Source: Octopus sinensis
Taxonomy: Eukaryota
Direction: 5' to 3'
Assembly: GCF_006345805.1 (NCBI RefSeq)
Contig: NC_043014.1
Coordinates: 12,772,001-12,836,000, forward strand
Length of the DNA stretch: 64,000 nucleotides
The notes beneath the pieces are model-generated. The model saw only the letters and a list, made by a program, of their open reading frames with translations, was not told the DNA's origin and did not search any database. Shown piece after piece: positions 49,142 to 61,329 of the stretch. How positions within the stretch are numbered: position 1 is the first letter of the stretch; each line of letters starts with the position of its first letter. The position numbers and the translations under genes were made by a program.

Positions 49142-49305
49142 TTATATAGAGGGCATTATTACACATAAATGCCACACGCTAATTCTGTTTTTAAATGACT
49201 CGCTTTGAGACTTGCTTTCTGTACAATATGTTTATTTTAGTAGTTTTGACTTTAAGAGTCCCTCCTATCGTGTGGCATTTATGTGTAATAATGCCCTCTG
49301 TATAA
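49142..49305. repeat. 37-bp inverted repeat (1 mismatch) with a 90-bp spacer
   Basis: 49142-49178 versus 49269-49305. Confidence 0.85.
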
Positions 49306-49539
49306 TAAAAATAAATATATTTAAGTGAAAAAAATTGATAGATTTTTTTTCTCTTATGAGGTTTTTCATGCTAACTACTTAATAAATTCTTTTAAAGATT
49401 TCATCCTATTTTAAAATTATATATATATATTGCAGAAGTAACAGAGTAACTCTGCTACTTCTGCTAAATATTAATGAAAATATACATATACTCATATTTT
49501 GAGTTATATTTTTCATATTTTGCATCACCCACACACACA

Positions 49540-49747
49540 CAGTGTGTCCGTAAAGTCATAGTGGGGTTTCAAACTATCTGTTGATGTAACTTGCAACACT
49601 ACACATTTCATATACATGTTGAATAAGTGACCACCTGATAAAGTTTATGTAGAGTTTAGCCCAGTTCAATGTGGCTTCTCTTTGTTGCCCTACACACATC
49701 AAATCAATACTCCAGGTCTTGCTACACAGGATTTTACGGACACACTG
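49540..49747. mobile_element. Tc1-type MITE with 15-bp perfect TIRs
   Basis: cagtgtgtccgtaaa ... tttacggacacactg followed by TA. Confidence 0.75.
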
Positions 49748-51574
49748 TATATTTCTGTGTGTCGCTACAGACTGCTGACAAATTACTGAAACTATTAAAG
49801 GAATAATTCTCTTTTACTCTTTTACTTGTTTCTGTCATTTGACTGCAGCCATGCTGGAGCACTGGCTTTAGTCGAGCAAATCAACCCCAGGACTTATTCT
49901 TTGTAAGCCTAGTACTTATTCTATCGGTCTCTTTTGCCGAACTGCTAAGTTACAGGGGCGTAAACACACCAGCATCGGTTGTCAAGCGATGTTGGGTGGA
50001 CAAACACAGACACACACACATGCACACACACACACACACACATATACATACGACGGGCTTCTTTCAGTTTCCGTCTACCAAATCCACTCACAAGGCTTTG
50101 GTCGGCCCGAGGCTATAGTAGAAGACACTTGCCCAAGGTGCCACGCAGTGGGATCGAATCCGTAAACCATGTGGTTGGTAAGCAAACCACTTACCACACA
50201 GCCACTCCTTGGTGAGATTTTTTATTTCTGTTTTTTCATGATTTGTTAGGTGAAATGGAAGGGGTCATGATGTAGGCAGGCTCCCTGATGTTGATGAGGT
50301 TCATGTTGTTAATCTTTAGTTTGAACATTTATTAGTGAGGAGGCAATTCCTGTGGGATGAATTTCCGTGGAAGGAGTGAGAAAATCAGTAGTTAGATTAA
50401 TATTAGTTGGGATATCAAGAGATGGGTGTGTCAGGTAGGCCTCAATAAAGGCAGTATTATGCAAATGACTAATTCAGGGAAAGAATGTTGATGGTTGAAA
50501 CCAAATACATCTGTCCTCTTTTATAATAGAAGTTTGGTTTGAAAAACAGGCAGTGATAAATGAGTCATTTCCATAAGCGCAGGCATGGCTGTGTGGTAAG
50601 AAGCTTGCTTCCCAATCATGTGGTTCCGGGTTCAGTCCCACTGTGTGGTACCCTGGGCAAGTGTTTTCTACTACAGCCTCATGCTAACCAAAGCTTTGTG
50701 AATGGATTTGGTACACTGAAACTGAAAGAAACCTGTTGTATATATATGTATATGTGTGTATGTATATATATTTATGTGTGTGTCTTTGTGTCTGTGTTTG
50801 TCCCCCCCCACCATTGCTCGACAACCAATGTTGGTGTGTTTACATCCCTGTAACTTAGCGGTTCAGTAAAAGAAACAGATAGAATATGTTCTAGGCTTAC
50901 AAAGAATAAGTCCTGGGATCAATTTGTTTGATCAAACCCCTTTAAAAGCAACGCTCCAGCATGGCCACAGTCAAATGACTGAAACATGTAAAAGAATAAA
51001 TGACTGCACTTTACGAACAGTGCATAATGTAAATAATTCCCCATCTATGATACCAGTGCCGGTGGCACGTAAGAGAACCATCTGAACGTGACCGTAGCCA
51101 GCCCCGCTCTGACTGGCCTCTGCCGGTGGAACAAAAAGCACTATGTGATCGTGGCCGTTGCCAGCCTCGTCTGGTCTCCGTGCCGGTGGCACGTAAAAAG
51201 CACCCACTACACTCACAGAGTGGTTGGCGTTAGGAAGGGCATCCAGCTGTAGAAACACTGCCAAATTAGACTGGGCCTGGTGCAGCCTTCTGGCTTTCCA
51301 GACCCCAGTTGAACCGTCCAACCCATGCTAGCATGGAAAGCGGACGTTAAACGATGATGATCTCTTAAATATTCTTTGTAGCCTAGTACTTATTCTAGCC
51401 TAGTTTGCTGCAGATATTCACTAATAAATGTTCAAACTAAAGATTAACAACATGAAACTCATCAATATCAGTGAGCCTATCTACATCATGACCCCTTCCA
51501 TTTCACCTAACAAATCATGGAAAAACAGAAATAAAAAATCAAAATTTCACCGAGGAGTGGCTGTGTGGTAAGTC

Positions 51575-51765
51575 GCTTCAAAATCAACACCGATGCCTGC
51601 TGCGACATCTCCATCTACATCTGCAGCTAAACCAACAGCGGCAGGTGCAGCTACTGGTGGTGCTGCTGGTGCCGACTGTCAGCAGGCATCAAATACAAAT
51701 GTAGAGACATTACACAAATCGACGCCTGTTTGTAGCAATTTTGACGTCAGTGCCAACCCTGTCAT
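51575..51765 (+). pseudogene. Intronic partial copy of exon C (58272-58465)
   Basis: gcttcaaaatcaacac...gccaaccctgtcat is shared, with one +6 and net -9 bp of indels. No acceptor site upstream. Confidence 0.85.
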
Positions 51766-52695
51766 AATAATATAGTGATGTACTCTTCATCCTTTTATTC
51801 ACTCAGAACGTGTTGTTCATTTGCTTTACATTTCCCTGTTTGCACGGCTGCTTCTTCAGTACACATTGCTCATTAATATCCAGCTACTTTCTCAGTTGAC
51901 TTGTGTTCATCTCAGAGCACTTACTTACCTGCTGATCTTCTCTACAAAGCTCAAATGTGATCCACATTGGTACCCTGTTCACATATATGAGGTACTCCTG
52001 CTGTTAGACTCATGGACACACACATTACAGACCATATCCATTTTACATCTCACTGATGTTAAATACTTCTGTATGGCTGTGTGGTAAGAAGCTTGCTTCC
52101 TCCCAACCACATAGTTTCCGGGTTCAGTCCCACTGCATGGTACCTACTGTAGCCTTAGGTTAACATAAAGACTATAGAAAGGCGGCGAGCTGGCAGAAAC
52201 GTTAGCACGCCGGGCGAAATGCTTAGCGGTATTTCGTCTGCTGCTACGTTGTGAGTTCAAATTCTGCCGAGGTCGACTTTGCCTTTCATCCTTTCGGGGT
52301 CGATAAATTAAGTACCAGTTACGCACTGGGGTCAATGTAATCGACTTAATCCGTTTGTCTGTCCTTGTTTGTCCCCTCTGTGTTTAGCCCCTTGTAGGTA
52401 ATAAAGAAATAGGTATTTCGTCAGCTGCTACGTTCTGAGTTCAAATCCCGCCAAGATCGACTTTGCCTTTCATCCATTCGGGGTCGATAAATTAAGTACC
52501 AATTAAGCACTGGGGTCAATGTAATCGACTTAATCCTTTGTCAGTCCTTGTTTGTCCCCTCTGTGTTTAGCCCCTTGTGAGTAGTAAAGAAATAAGAAAC
52601 ATAAAGACTATAGCCTCGGGCCAACCAAATCCTTGTGAGTGGATTTGGTAGATGAAAACAGAAAGAAGTCAGTTGTGTTATTTGACCTGTACTCT

Positions 52696-52867
52696 ATTTT
52701 TTCGTTGTTTAAGAAAAATGTCCAGTTCCTTGGTTTTGTGTTTATGTTTTCGTTTCTTATTGTTCGACGTTTTTTTGGTGTCCTGTACCCATATATGCAT
52801 GTATATATACATGTAGAGGTAGGTACATATATGTATGTATATATGCATATGTTTTATTTATTAATTT

Positions 52868-52872
<5 letters not shown>
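52696..52872 (+). mobile_element. Diverged remnant of the first ~200 bp of the 860-bp tandem unit, ending in (TA)n
   Basis: ttcgacgt..tttggtgtcctgtac..atatatgc..gtatat..acatgtagaggtaggtac is shared with about 8350-8550. Confidence 0.75.
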
Positions 52873-52908
<36 letters not shown>

Positions 52909-55900
52909 TCATCATCATCGTTTAACGTCCGTTTTCCGCGCTAGCACGGATTGGACGGTTCGACCGGGGTCTGGGAAGCCAGGGGCTGCACCAGGCTCCA
53001 GTCTGATCTGGCAGTGCCCTTCCTAATGCCAACCACTCCGCGAGTGTAGTGGGTGCCTTTTACGTGCCACCGGCACAGGTGCCAGGGGAGTCTGGCATCG
53101 GCCACGATCGGTTGGTGCTTTTAACATGCCACCGGTACGGAAGCCAGCCAAGGCGGCGCTGACATCGGCCACGTTCGGATGGTGCTTTTTATGTGCCACC
53201 GGCACATATATATATATATATATATATTTGTGTGTGTTTGTCACCCCCCTACCATCGCTTGACAACCAATGTTGATGTGTTCATGTCCCCATAACTTAGC
53301 AAATAGAATAAGTACTAGGCTTACACAGAATAAGTCCTAGTGATGATTTGTCCGGCTAGAGGCAGTGCTCCAGCATGGCCACTGTCAAATGACTGAAACA
53401 AGTAAGAGAATAAAAAAAGAGTTAAAGAAAATTCAACTACTTCACTCTAGAACTGCAATCTTGTTCATCTGCTTTTCTATTCCTCCTCCTCCTTCAGCTA
53501 ACTCCAAAGACTTAGTTTTCAGCAGTGTAACCTTGCTTCTACTTAACATCACCATTTAATGTCTTCCCTCCATGCTGGCGTGAGTTGGATAGCTTGATGG
53601 TGGTGAGCCAGAGGACTGCCCCCCAGCTCAGCTTCTTCTTCTTTTTCTTCTTCTTGTTCTTCTTCTTCTTCTTCTTCTTGTTCTTCTTCTTGTTCTTGTT
53701 CTTCTTGTTCTTCTTGTTCTTGTTCTTCTTCTTATAATAATAATAATAATAAAACATTGTGTACAGTGCTTGGGTGCACTCCAACTCATCTAAAGTGTAT
53801 GTATAGTACATAGGGTAATGTACAAGCGTCAGGAAAAGAACAGTGCATGAGTCATGACATACACATATGAGTATGGAAGGGGGACAATCAGGTGTAGTTT
53901 CGGCGGATTTCTTCTTCTTCACCTTCTTCTTCTTCTTACTATTATTATTATTATTACTATAATAATATTTTGCAAAGATTAGTGTAACTCTTCACAAAGA
54001 TAAATACACAATTAGAAGAGGATGAACTGTATGTTACATTTCCTATTTTGAACCTGAAGAAAACAGACATAATGTCGAAATATTGTTCTGTTCAAACAAT
54101 AAACAATGTCAATTTGTTTTATTACATATTACATTGCACTCTTCTAATTATATAATAATAATAGTAATAATAAGCCTTTCTACTATAGGCACAAGGCCTG
54201 AAATTTGGGGGTGCACAATTAGTCGATAACATTGGTCTCGGTACTCAACTGGTATTTAATTTATTGACCCCGAAAGGATAAAAGGCAAAGTTGACTCTGG
54301 AGGCATTTGAACTCAGAACATGAAGATAGATGAAATGTTGCAAAGCATTTCATCCGGTATGCTAATGGTTCTGCCAACTCGCTACCTTGATGACAATGAT
54401 GGTGTTGGTGGTGGTGGTGGTGGGTTTCAAATTTTGGTACAAGGCCAGCAATTGTTTTTAAAAGAGAGGGAATTAGTCAATACCGTTTTCCTACGGCGGC
54501 TGTCGGTTTATTCTACCTTAAGCTTTCTCTTAACCCTTTAGTGTTTGCATTATTCTGCCAAAATTAATCCTTTTTCATCCACGTCTTGAACTAATCAGAG
54601 GATTATCTTGGTGCTATAAGATTTTGATGAGGTAGCTGTTAATTTTTAAAACGATATTGTAGGGTTGGTGTGAGAGACCAGATCTGGCCAGTTTGTACAT
54701 AAAACAGGCAGGAGACTTTTGGCCGGATATGGCCGGTTTAAATGCTAAAGGGTTAAGTTATATTATTTATTTAGGCTTTCCTCTGAGTAAGGGAAAATAT
54801 AATGATTTATCGTCACTTATACTAAATGTTATCATTGTATCTTTAACCCTAACTGCAGTTGTAACGTCATATAGACATATACGCATGGAACGCTAACTCA
54901 ACGACTATGTATGTTGAATATTTTAATCGTGTCCTTTAAACCGCTATAAGAAACATAAAACAAAGATTACAGAAATGCATATTTATCTATGCTCAGTTGA
55001 AAAACAAACATGAAGAGAAACATTTCCTTTTTTAATTATTTTATTTATATAAATATAACATTTTATATTTATTTACAAGAAGAAAGATAACTTAGTTGTG
55101 AAGAAAAACGACTTAAATTCCTTAGCTAATTTCTTTTTCTATCTAATACGTTAACCTACAAATCAAAATAGATTTGTGATTAACGTAGACATGGCATAAA
55201 AATTTACCGATGTCTCCAAAAGAGTGAGTGTCGTGGAGTTGAATGACTACCGAACGAACACTAAAGTCTCTCCCCAAATCCAGGGTTTTTATAACTGCTC
55301 AACCTGATCAAAAAGAATCGAAATTCAGGACAAACATTCTTTTCGAAACTTCTAGAATCTTTATACGAGCAGTTATTTTAACCAATGGGAAAAAAACGAA
55401 AATGCTAATTCTTTGGCAAAGACATTACGTCATATTGCCAATTCGCGCCACATTTCAAAATGGCTAAAATGGTTATTGCTACACCGTCAACCCCAGTTTG
55501 TTAGTGGTATTTTATTTTATTTTAACCCGAGAAGGATGAAAAGCAAAGTTGACCCCAGCAGAATCTGAACATAAGGAGCCAGAAATGCCACCAAATATTT
55601 GTCTGGTGTACTAACAATTCTTCCTTAATAATAATAATAATAATAATAATAATCTTTTCTACTAAAGGCACAAGGCCTGAAACTTTGGGGGAGAGGGTAA
55701 GTCAATTACATCAACCCCAGCATTTCACTGGTACTTAATTTATCCACCTTAAAAGGATGAAAGGCAAAGTCGACCTCAGCGGAGTTTGAACTCAGAACAT
55801 AAAGACGAGCAAACTGCTGCTTAGCATTTCGTCTGGTGTGCTAATGGTTCTGCCAGCTCACCAATAATGATAATAATAATAATAATAATCCTTTCTACTG

Positions 55901-56189
55901 GAAGCACAAGGCCTCAAATTTGGGAGAAGAGATTAAGTAGCTTACATCGACACCAGCGTGTAACTGGTACTTAATTTATTGACCCCGAAAGGATGAAAGG
56001 CAAAGTCAACCCTGACAGCATTTGAACCCAAAACATGAAGGCAGGTGAAATATCGCTAAGCATTTTGCCCAGTTTGCTAACGATTCTGCCACCTTGCCAC
56101 TTTAATTATAATAATAATAATAATCATTTCAATTTTTCACATCATCATCACAATTATTATTCAACTTTGCTTTTCCTCTTTTCAGGGTC

Positions 56190-56820
56190 ATAAAATATAA
56201 GTATAATTCAAGACCTGGGGCTGATGTAAATCCTTAAAATTTTGCCTTGTGCAAAAACTTGAAATGATTATTATTGCCCCGCCGACCTCCTTTAACAAGG
56301 AGGGCGAGGCCGTTTTCCTGTGCCTAGTGGCTGTGGCGAAAGAGATCGTATAGTGGACCCGTTTGAAAGGGCTAAAGTCAGACACTTTCCTCTTTGGTCA
56401 AGGCCTCATCAACTTTTTCAAGTTTCATTTGAAAAGGAAGATGAGGTTAGAGAGGAGAGTGCTGTCCGATAGCAAGTTTTCTGAAAGGTGGGTGAATTGT
56501 GCGAGAATGGCCAGTATAAATGGACCAGTTCTCAGGTTTCGCCTGTGATTGAAAAAGGTTTTATAAAAGGAGAAAGGGGCTCTCTACCCCCCTTTTGACC
56601 AGGCTCCCGTTGGCTTTTATGGGGTTTTTTCCACCAGGAACCTTTCGAAGCGCCTCCCCCAATTGGGAGTTTTTCATTGTTACAATCTTTCGTTGTTAAA
56701 CAGTTTTTACTCGAATTTTTTCAAAAACAGACAAAACCCTTTGTAACCTTTCGTCCTGTTTTGTCCCTTTATGTTTACTAATCATGTGTGTCAGCCCTTG
56801 TGGCCAATAAAAAGAATAAA
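56190..56820 (+). mobile_element. 3' fragment of a Tx1-like (L1 group) LINE with its 3' UTR
   Basis: PPTSFNKEGEAVFLCLVAVAKEIV.W...KGLKSDTFLFGQGLINFFKFHLKRKMRLERRVLSDSKFSERWVNCARMA..NG..LRFRL* fits the Tx1 ORF2 C-terminal pattern (AK..IW...F...L..R...E......F...W). The UTR ends in aataaaaagaataaa. Confidence 0.6.
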
Positions 56821-57852
56821 TTATTATTATAATTAAGGTGGCAAGCTGGCAGAATTGTTAGCAAACCGGGCAAAATGCTTAGCAGTATTTCATCTGCCTT
56901 CATGTTTTGGGTTCAAATGCTGTCAGGGTTGACTTTGCCTTTCATCTTTTCGGGGTCAATAAATCAAGTACCAGTTACACGCTGGTGTCTATGTAATCAA
57001 CTTAATCTCTTCCCCCAAATTTGAGGCCTTGTGCTTCCAGCAGAAAGGATTATTATTATCATTATTGGTGAGCTGGCAGAACCATGAGCAGACCAGGCGA
57101 AATGCTAAGCAGCATTTCGCTCGTCTTTATGTTCTGAGTTCAAATTCTGCTGAGGTCAGCTTTGCCTTTCATCCTTTTTAGATATTTTTTTGGAAAAGAA
57201 AGTGTGTTTTATATACTATCCAATATGGTACTTTAAATATTGGAAGGTGTTAGGTCAGTGCTTTCTTGATCTTGCCAGTTCCAGTAGAATATGGTGACAG
57301 CAGAAACAGCAAAGTGTCAGTTCTATATTTAAGAGATGAGGAATTATGTAAATAATGAACAAAGTGTCAGTTAATAAACTTTACAATATTTAGTTTTGTA
57401 TCTCTATTTTCCAAGTTGAAACCCAATCAATCTCAGGTCTGCAAATACTAGTGTTGATTTCATTGATTCCGGGTTCAGTCCCGCTTTATGGCACCTTGGG
57501 CAAGTGTCTTCTACTATAGCCTCAGGCCAACCGAAGCTTTGTGAGTGGATTTGGTAGATGGAAACTGAAAGAAGCCCGTCGTATATATGTTTGTGTGTCT
57601 GTGTCTGTCCCTCCCCAACATTGCTTGACAACCAATGCTGGTGTGTTTACGTCTTCGTAACTTAGCAGTTCTGCAAAAGAGACCGATAGAATAAGTACTA
57701 GGCTTACAAAGAATAAGTCCTGGGGTCAATTTGCTCAACTAAAGGCAGTGCTCCAGCATAGCCATAGTCAAATGACTGAAACAAGTAAAATAGTATATCC
57801 TTTATCTGTGATTTTGTATCTTAGTGCCATTGTTAGAAATCAATAACAATTA

Positions 57853-57889
<37 letters not shown>

Positions 57890-57957
57890 TAGTGAGTGAT
57901 CTGATGTTTTTGGATAACTTATAAAATATATTTTCTTTTTTTTTTCTTCCCTCACAG

Positions 57958-58715
57958 ATTCATCCCATCATGTAGTCCCCATTAAAAAATTAGGCACATT
58001 GGCATTAAAACCAAATGGATTTAACGACCCAAGGGCACCACTGAAAGTTAATCACCGAATGAACAAAGAACCGTCTCCACCGTTCAATTTAGTTTCCAGC
58101 TCTTTGACTTCTAAACCAGTTTTCAGCAAAACTAACTGCCCAATCAACTGTAAGACAAATGAAAGCCTGAAACCACCACAGAAGATCGTCATGGAAACGG
58201 CAAAGAATTCTTCACCGACTGAAAAACTCTCTGATGTCCTGAATACTTTGCAACCCACTTTGACTGACACAGCTTCAAAATCAACACTGATGCCTGCTGC
58301 GACGTCAGCATCTGCAGCTAAACCAACAGCAGCAGGTGCAGCTACTGCTTCTGGTGGTGCTGCTGCTGGCGCCGACTGTCAGCAGGCGTCAAATGCAAAT
58401 GTAGAGACATTACACAAATCGACGCCTGTTTGTAGCAATTTTGACGTCAGTGCCAACCCTGTCATTTCTAACGGTAGTTTAATATGGGAAAAAGATTCCT
58501 CGGTTATTTCTCAACTATCATCGTTCTTCAAAAATTGCCAACTTCAAGATAATCACTCACAAGGTTCAGTCTGCCCTTCACAACAAATCAGGACAGAATT
58601 GTATCCTGCAAAGTATAACAACAAGTCTTACTCAGTGGCATATCAGACACCAATCTCAGAACCAAGCCCCACGACTCAAAGGGATAGGTTACATCTTACA
58701 CTTTTCTTACATTAG
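57958..58715 (+). CDS. Coding exon C (~252 aa, Ser/Pro/Thr/Ala-rich); possibly terminal
   Basis: Long T-tract and CAG acceptor at 57955-57957. Open in phase 1 (xAT-TCA-TCC-CAT...) to TAG at 58713-58715. Only a weak internal donor (AG|GTTACA at 58688). Confidence 0.8.
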
Positions 58716-59435
58716 CAAAACGTGAAATTTTAATAATTTTTTTGATTTTATTTCATTTTTAATTTTTACTCTTAACACTGTTTTTTCAAAGATTTCTTCA
58801 TTTAGTTTTAGTCCCTTTTCTCTCATATTTTTCTAGTATAACAAGAAAAAGGAAATTTAGGTTGGGATTTTTTAAAGTTGAAAAAAAAAAAAAAACTACT
58901 GCTTTGAGTTAATATCTATTTATTCATATAAAGTCTTGTGTATGTATATGTATTTAATATATTTTCAACATGCATGTTTTTGACACATACACATTAATTG
59001 ATATTTAGCTGTCTGAAACTCACCATTTTGACTGATTAAAAAGTGTAACATTTATTATACATTGTAGAAAATTTTACATTAAAAAAATACGAGATATATA
59101 TTATATATAACATGAATGAATTTATAGTTTCATATTTAGACTTGTTTATTCTCCTATAATAGAAAATACACACATATATACACACATATATACTAGATTT
59201 TGTTCATATGTATTAAGCCATTCATATTAAGTTGTTGCTTTTGATTTAGATATTTTTTCTAGATATTTTTTATATTTCTCTCTGATTCAGCTATTTTATA
59301 ATATATATTTGTTGATATCCAAAAGTGAATTTTTAGTATAAGCAATACAAGATATTAACTATTGCTTTATCCTATTGTGATTTTTTTTCCTTAAACATTT
59401 TTTCTACTTCTAAATGTTTTCACTGCTATTTCTAT

Positions 59436-59441
59436 AATAAA
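59436..59441 (+). promoter_or_regulatory. Possible polyadenylation signal of the exon C transcript
   Basis: AATAAA within a ~1.1-kb SINE-free AT-rich stretch after the stop codon. AATAAA is common by chance in such sequence. Confidence 0.2.
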
Positions 59442-59666
59442 CCTTTAAAAATGTTAATATTCTACGCATCATTAATTCTATATCACATAGTTTTCTGAGT
59501 ACATTAACATCTTTTTTTCTAATCAACATAGTCACAGACATTTATATTATACATTTTTAATAATATACAATACGTTTTAAAATATAAGCATTATTGATTA
59601 AATGAATATTTTCAAATTGTTCCACACTTTTCATTGATATCTTCTTATTTTAGATTACACATTGGT

Positions 59667-59728
<62 letters not shown>

Positions 59729-61329
59729 CTTTCAAATTTATTTATTACAGCTTTCAGGTTAATTCTTTGTAAATTACCTTGCATGTGAAAGAAAGCTTTT
59801 CTTTAAAAATTACTTTTATATGTATACCTTCTTTAGATTTAAGCTATATATATGTATGTATGTACTTTTGAATGTATGTATTATCATTACCATCATCATT
59901 TAATGTCCACTTTTCCAGGTTTGCATGGGTCAGGTGGAATTTGTTGAGGCAGATTTTCTACACCTGGATGCCCTTCCTGGATGTCACCAGTTTTCACCTG
60001 TTTTCAATTAAGATAATATTTCTCCAAGGCCAGACATGTTTTTTCGTGGAAGATGAGAAACAAGCAATTTTGCTCAAGTGATCTTGGATAAGGGTATTTA
60101 CACATGCTGACAGACACACACACATACGTGTATGTGTGTGATGGGCTTCTTTCAGTTTCCATCTACCAAATTCTCTCACAAGGCTTTGGTCAGCCTGGGG
60201 CTCATGCAGTGGGACTGAACCCAAGACCACATGGTTGGGAAGCAAACTTCTCAACCACACAGCTTTGCTTGTGCCTAAATATTTATATATGTATGTGTAT
60301 AAATATACATGTGTATATGATATATGTGTATGTATATTTGTGTATATATACATGTGTGTATAATCACAGACATGGTTCAGAAGCTTGCTTCCAAACCACA
60401 TAGTTTTGGGTAAAGTCTCACTGCATAGCATCTTGGGCAACTGCTGTCTGTTATGACCCCAGGCTGAGCAAAATCCTGTGGGTGGATTTGGTAGATGGAA
60501 ACTGAAAGAATCACATCATATAAATCTTTGTATGTATATGTATTGCGTACAAGCAGTATCATTCATTTCCAGTGTTCTGCAAAAGCATGTCTGGACTTTG
60601 GGGGAAATATGACCTGACTTTGCTTGGAAGCAGGTGAGGGTTGGCAACAGGAATGGCATCTGGCTGTAGAAAATCTGCTTCAATAAACTTTGATCATGGG
60701 AAGATGGGCATTAAAATGATGATGGTGTGTGTGTGTGAGTGTTTGGTGATGCATTTTATCAAGCAACTAAATCCTTAACCATTGAAACTGACACCTGTGC
60801 TTCCTTATATGGAACTGTATGTATGCAGGTGCAGGCATGGTTGTGTGGTAAAAGAGTTTGTTTCTTGACTACATGGTTTTGGGTTCAATCCCGTTGTGTG
60901 GCACCTTGGGCATCTTCTAGAATAACCCCAGGATGACCTAAGAGACTTGTGAGTAGATTTGGTAGACAGAAGCTGAAAAAAGCCTGTTGTGTATGTATGT
61001 TTGTGTCTCCTTGTCACAACATTTGATTGTTGTAAACGATTGTCATTCATTTCAATATTCTATGAAAACATATCTGGCCATGGTGAAATGTTACTTTGCT
61101 TGGAAACATAGTGAGGCTTGATGGCAGGAAGTGCCTCCAGCCATAGAAAATGTGTCACAATGTAATTCTGTCTGACCCATTCGAGCATAGAAAGGTGGAT
61201 GTTAAAACAATGAGAGAGAGAGAGAGAGAGAGAGTGTGCGTGTATGTGTGTGTGTGTGTACCAAGTGACTGGCGTATCAATGTCATCATAAATTACCACA
61301 AAAGCAAAAGAGATATCTTAGAGTGAAAC

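Noticed and set aside
44598-58715. Assigning a gene name (R3H/encore, Ataxin-2, PEAK1/Pragmin-like, Gab/Dos)
   Set aside because: Only compositional or short-motif resemblance; no diagnostic domain is present in the window.
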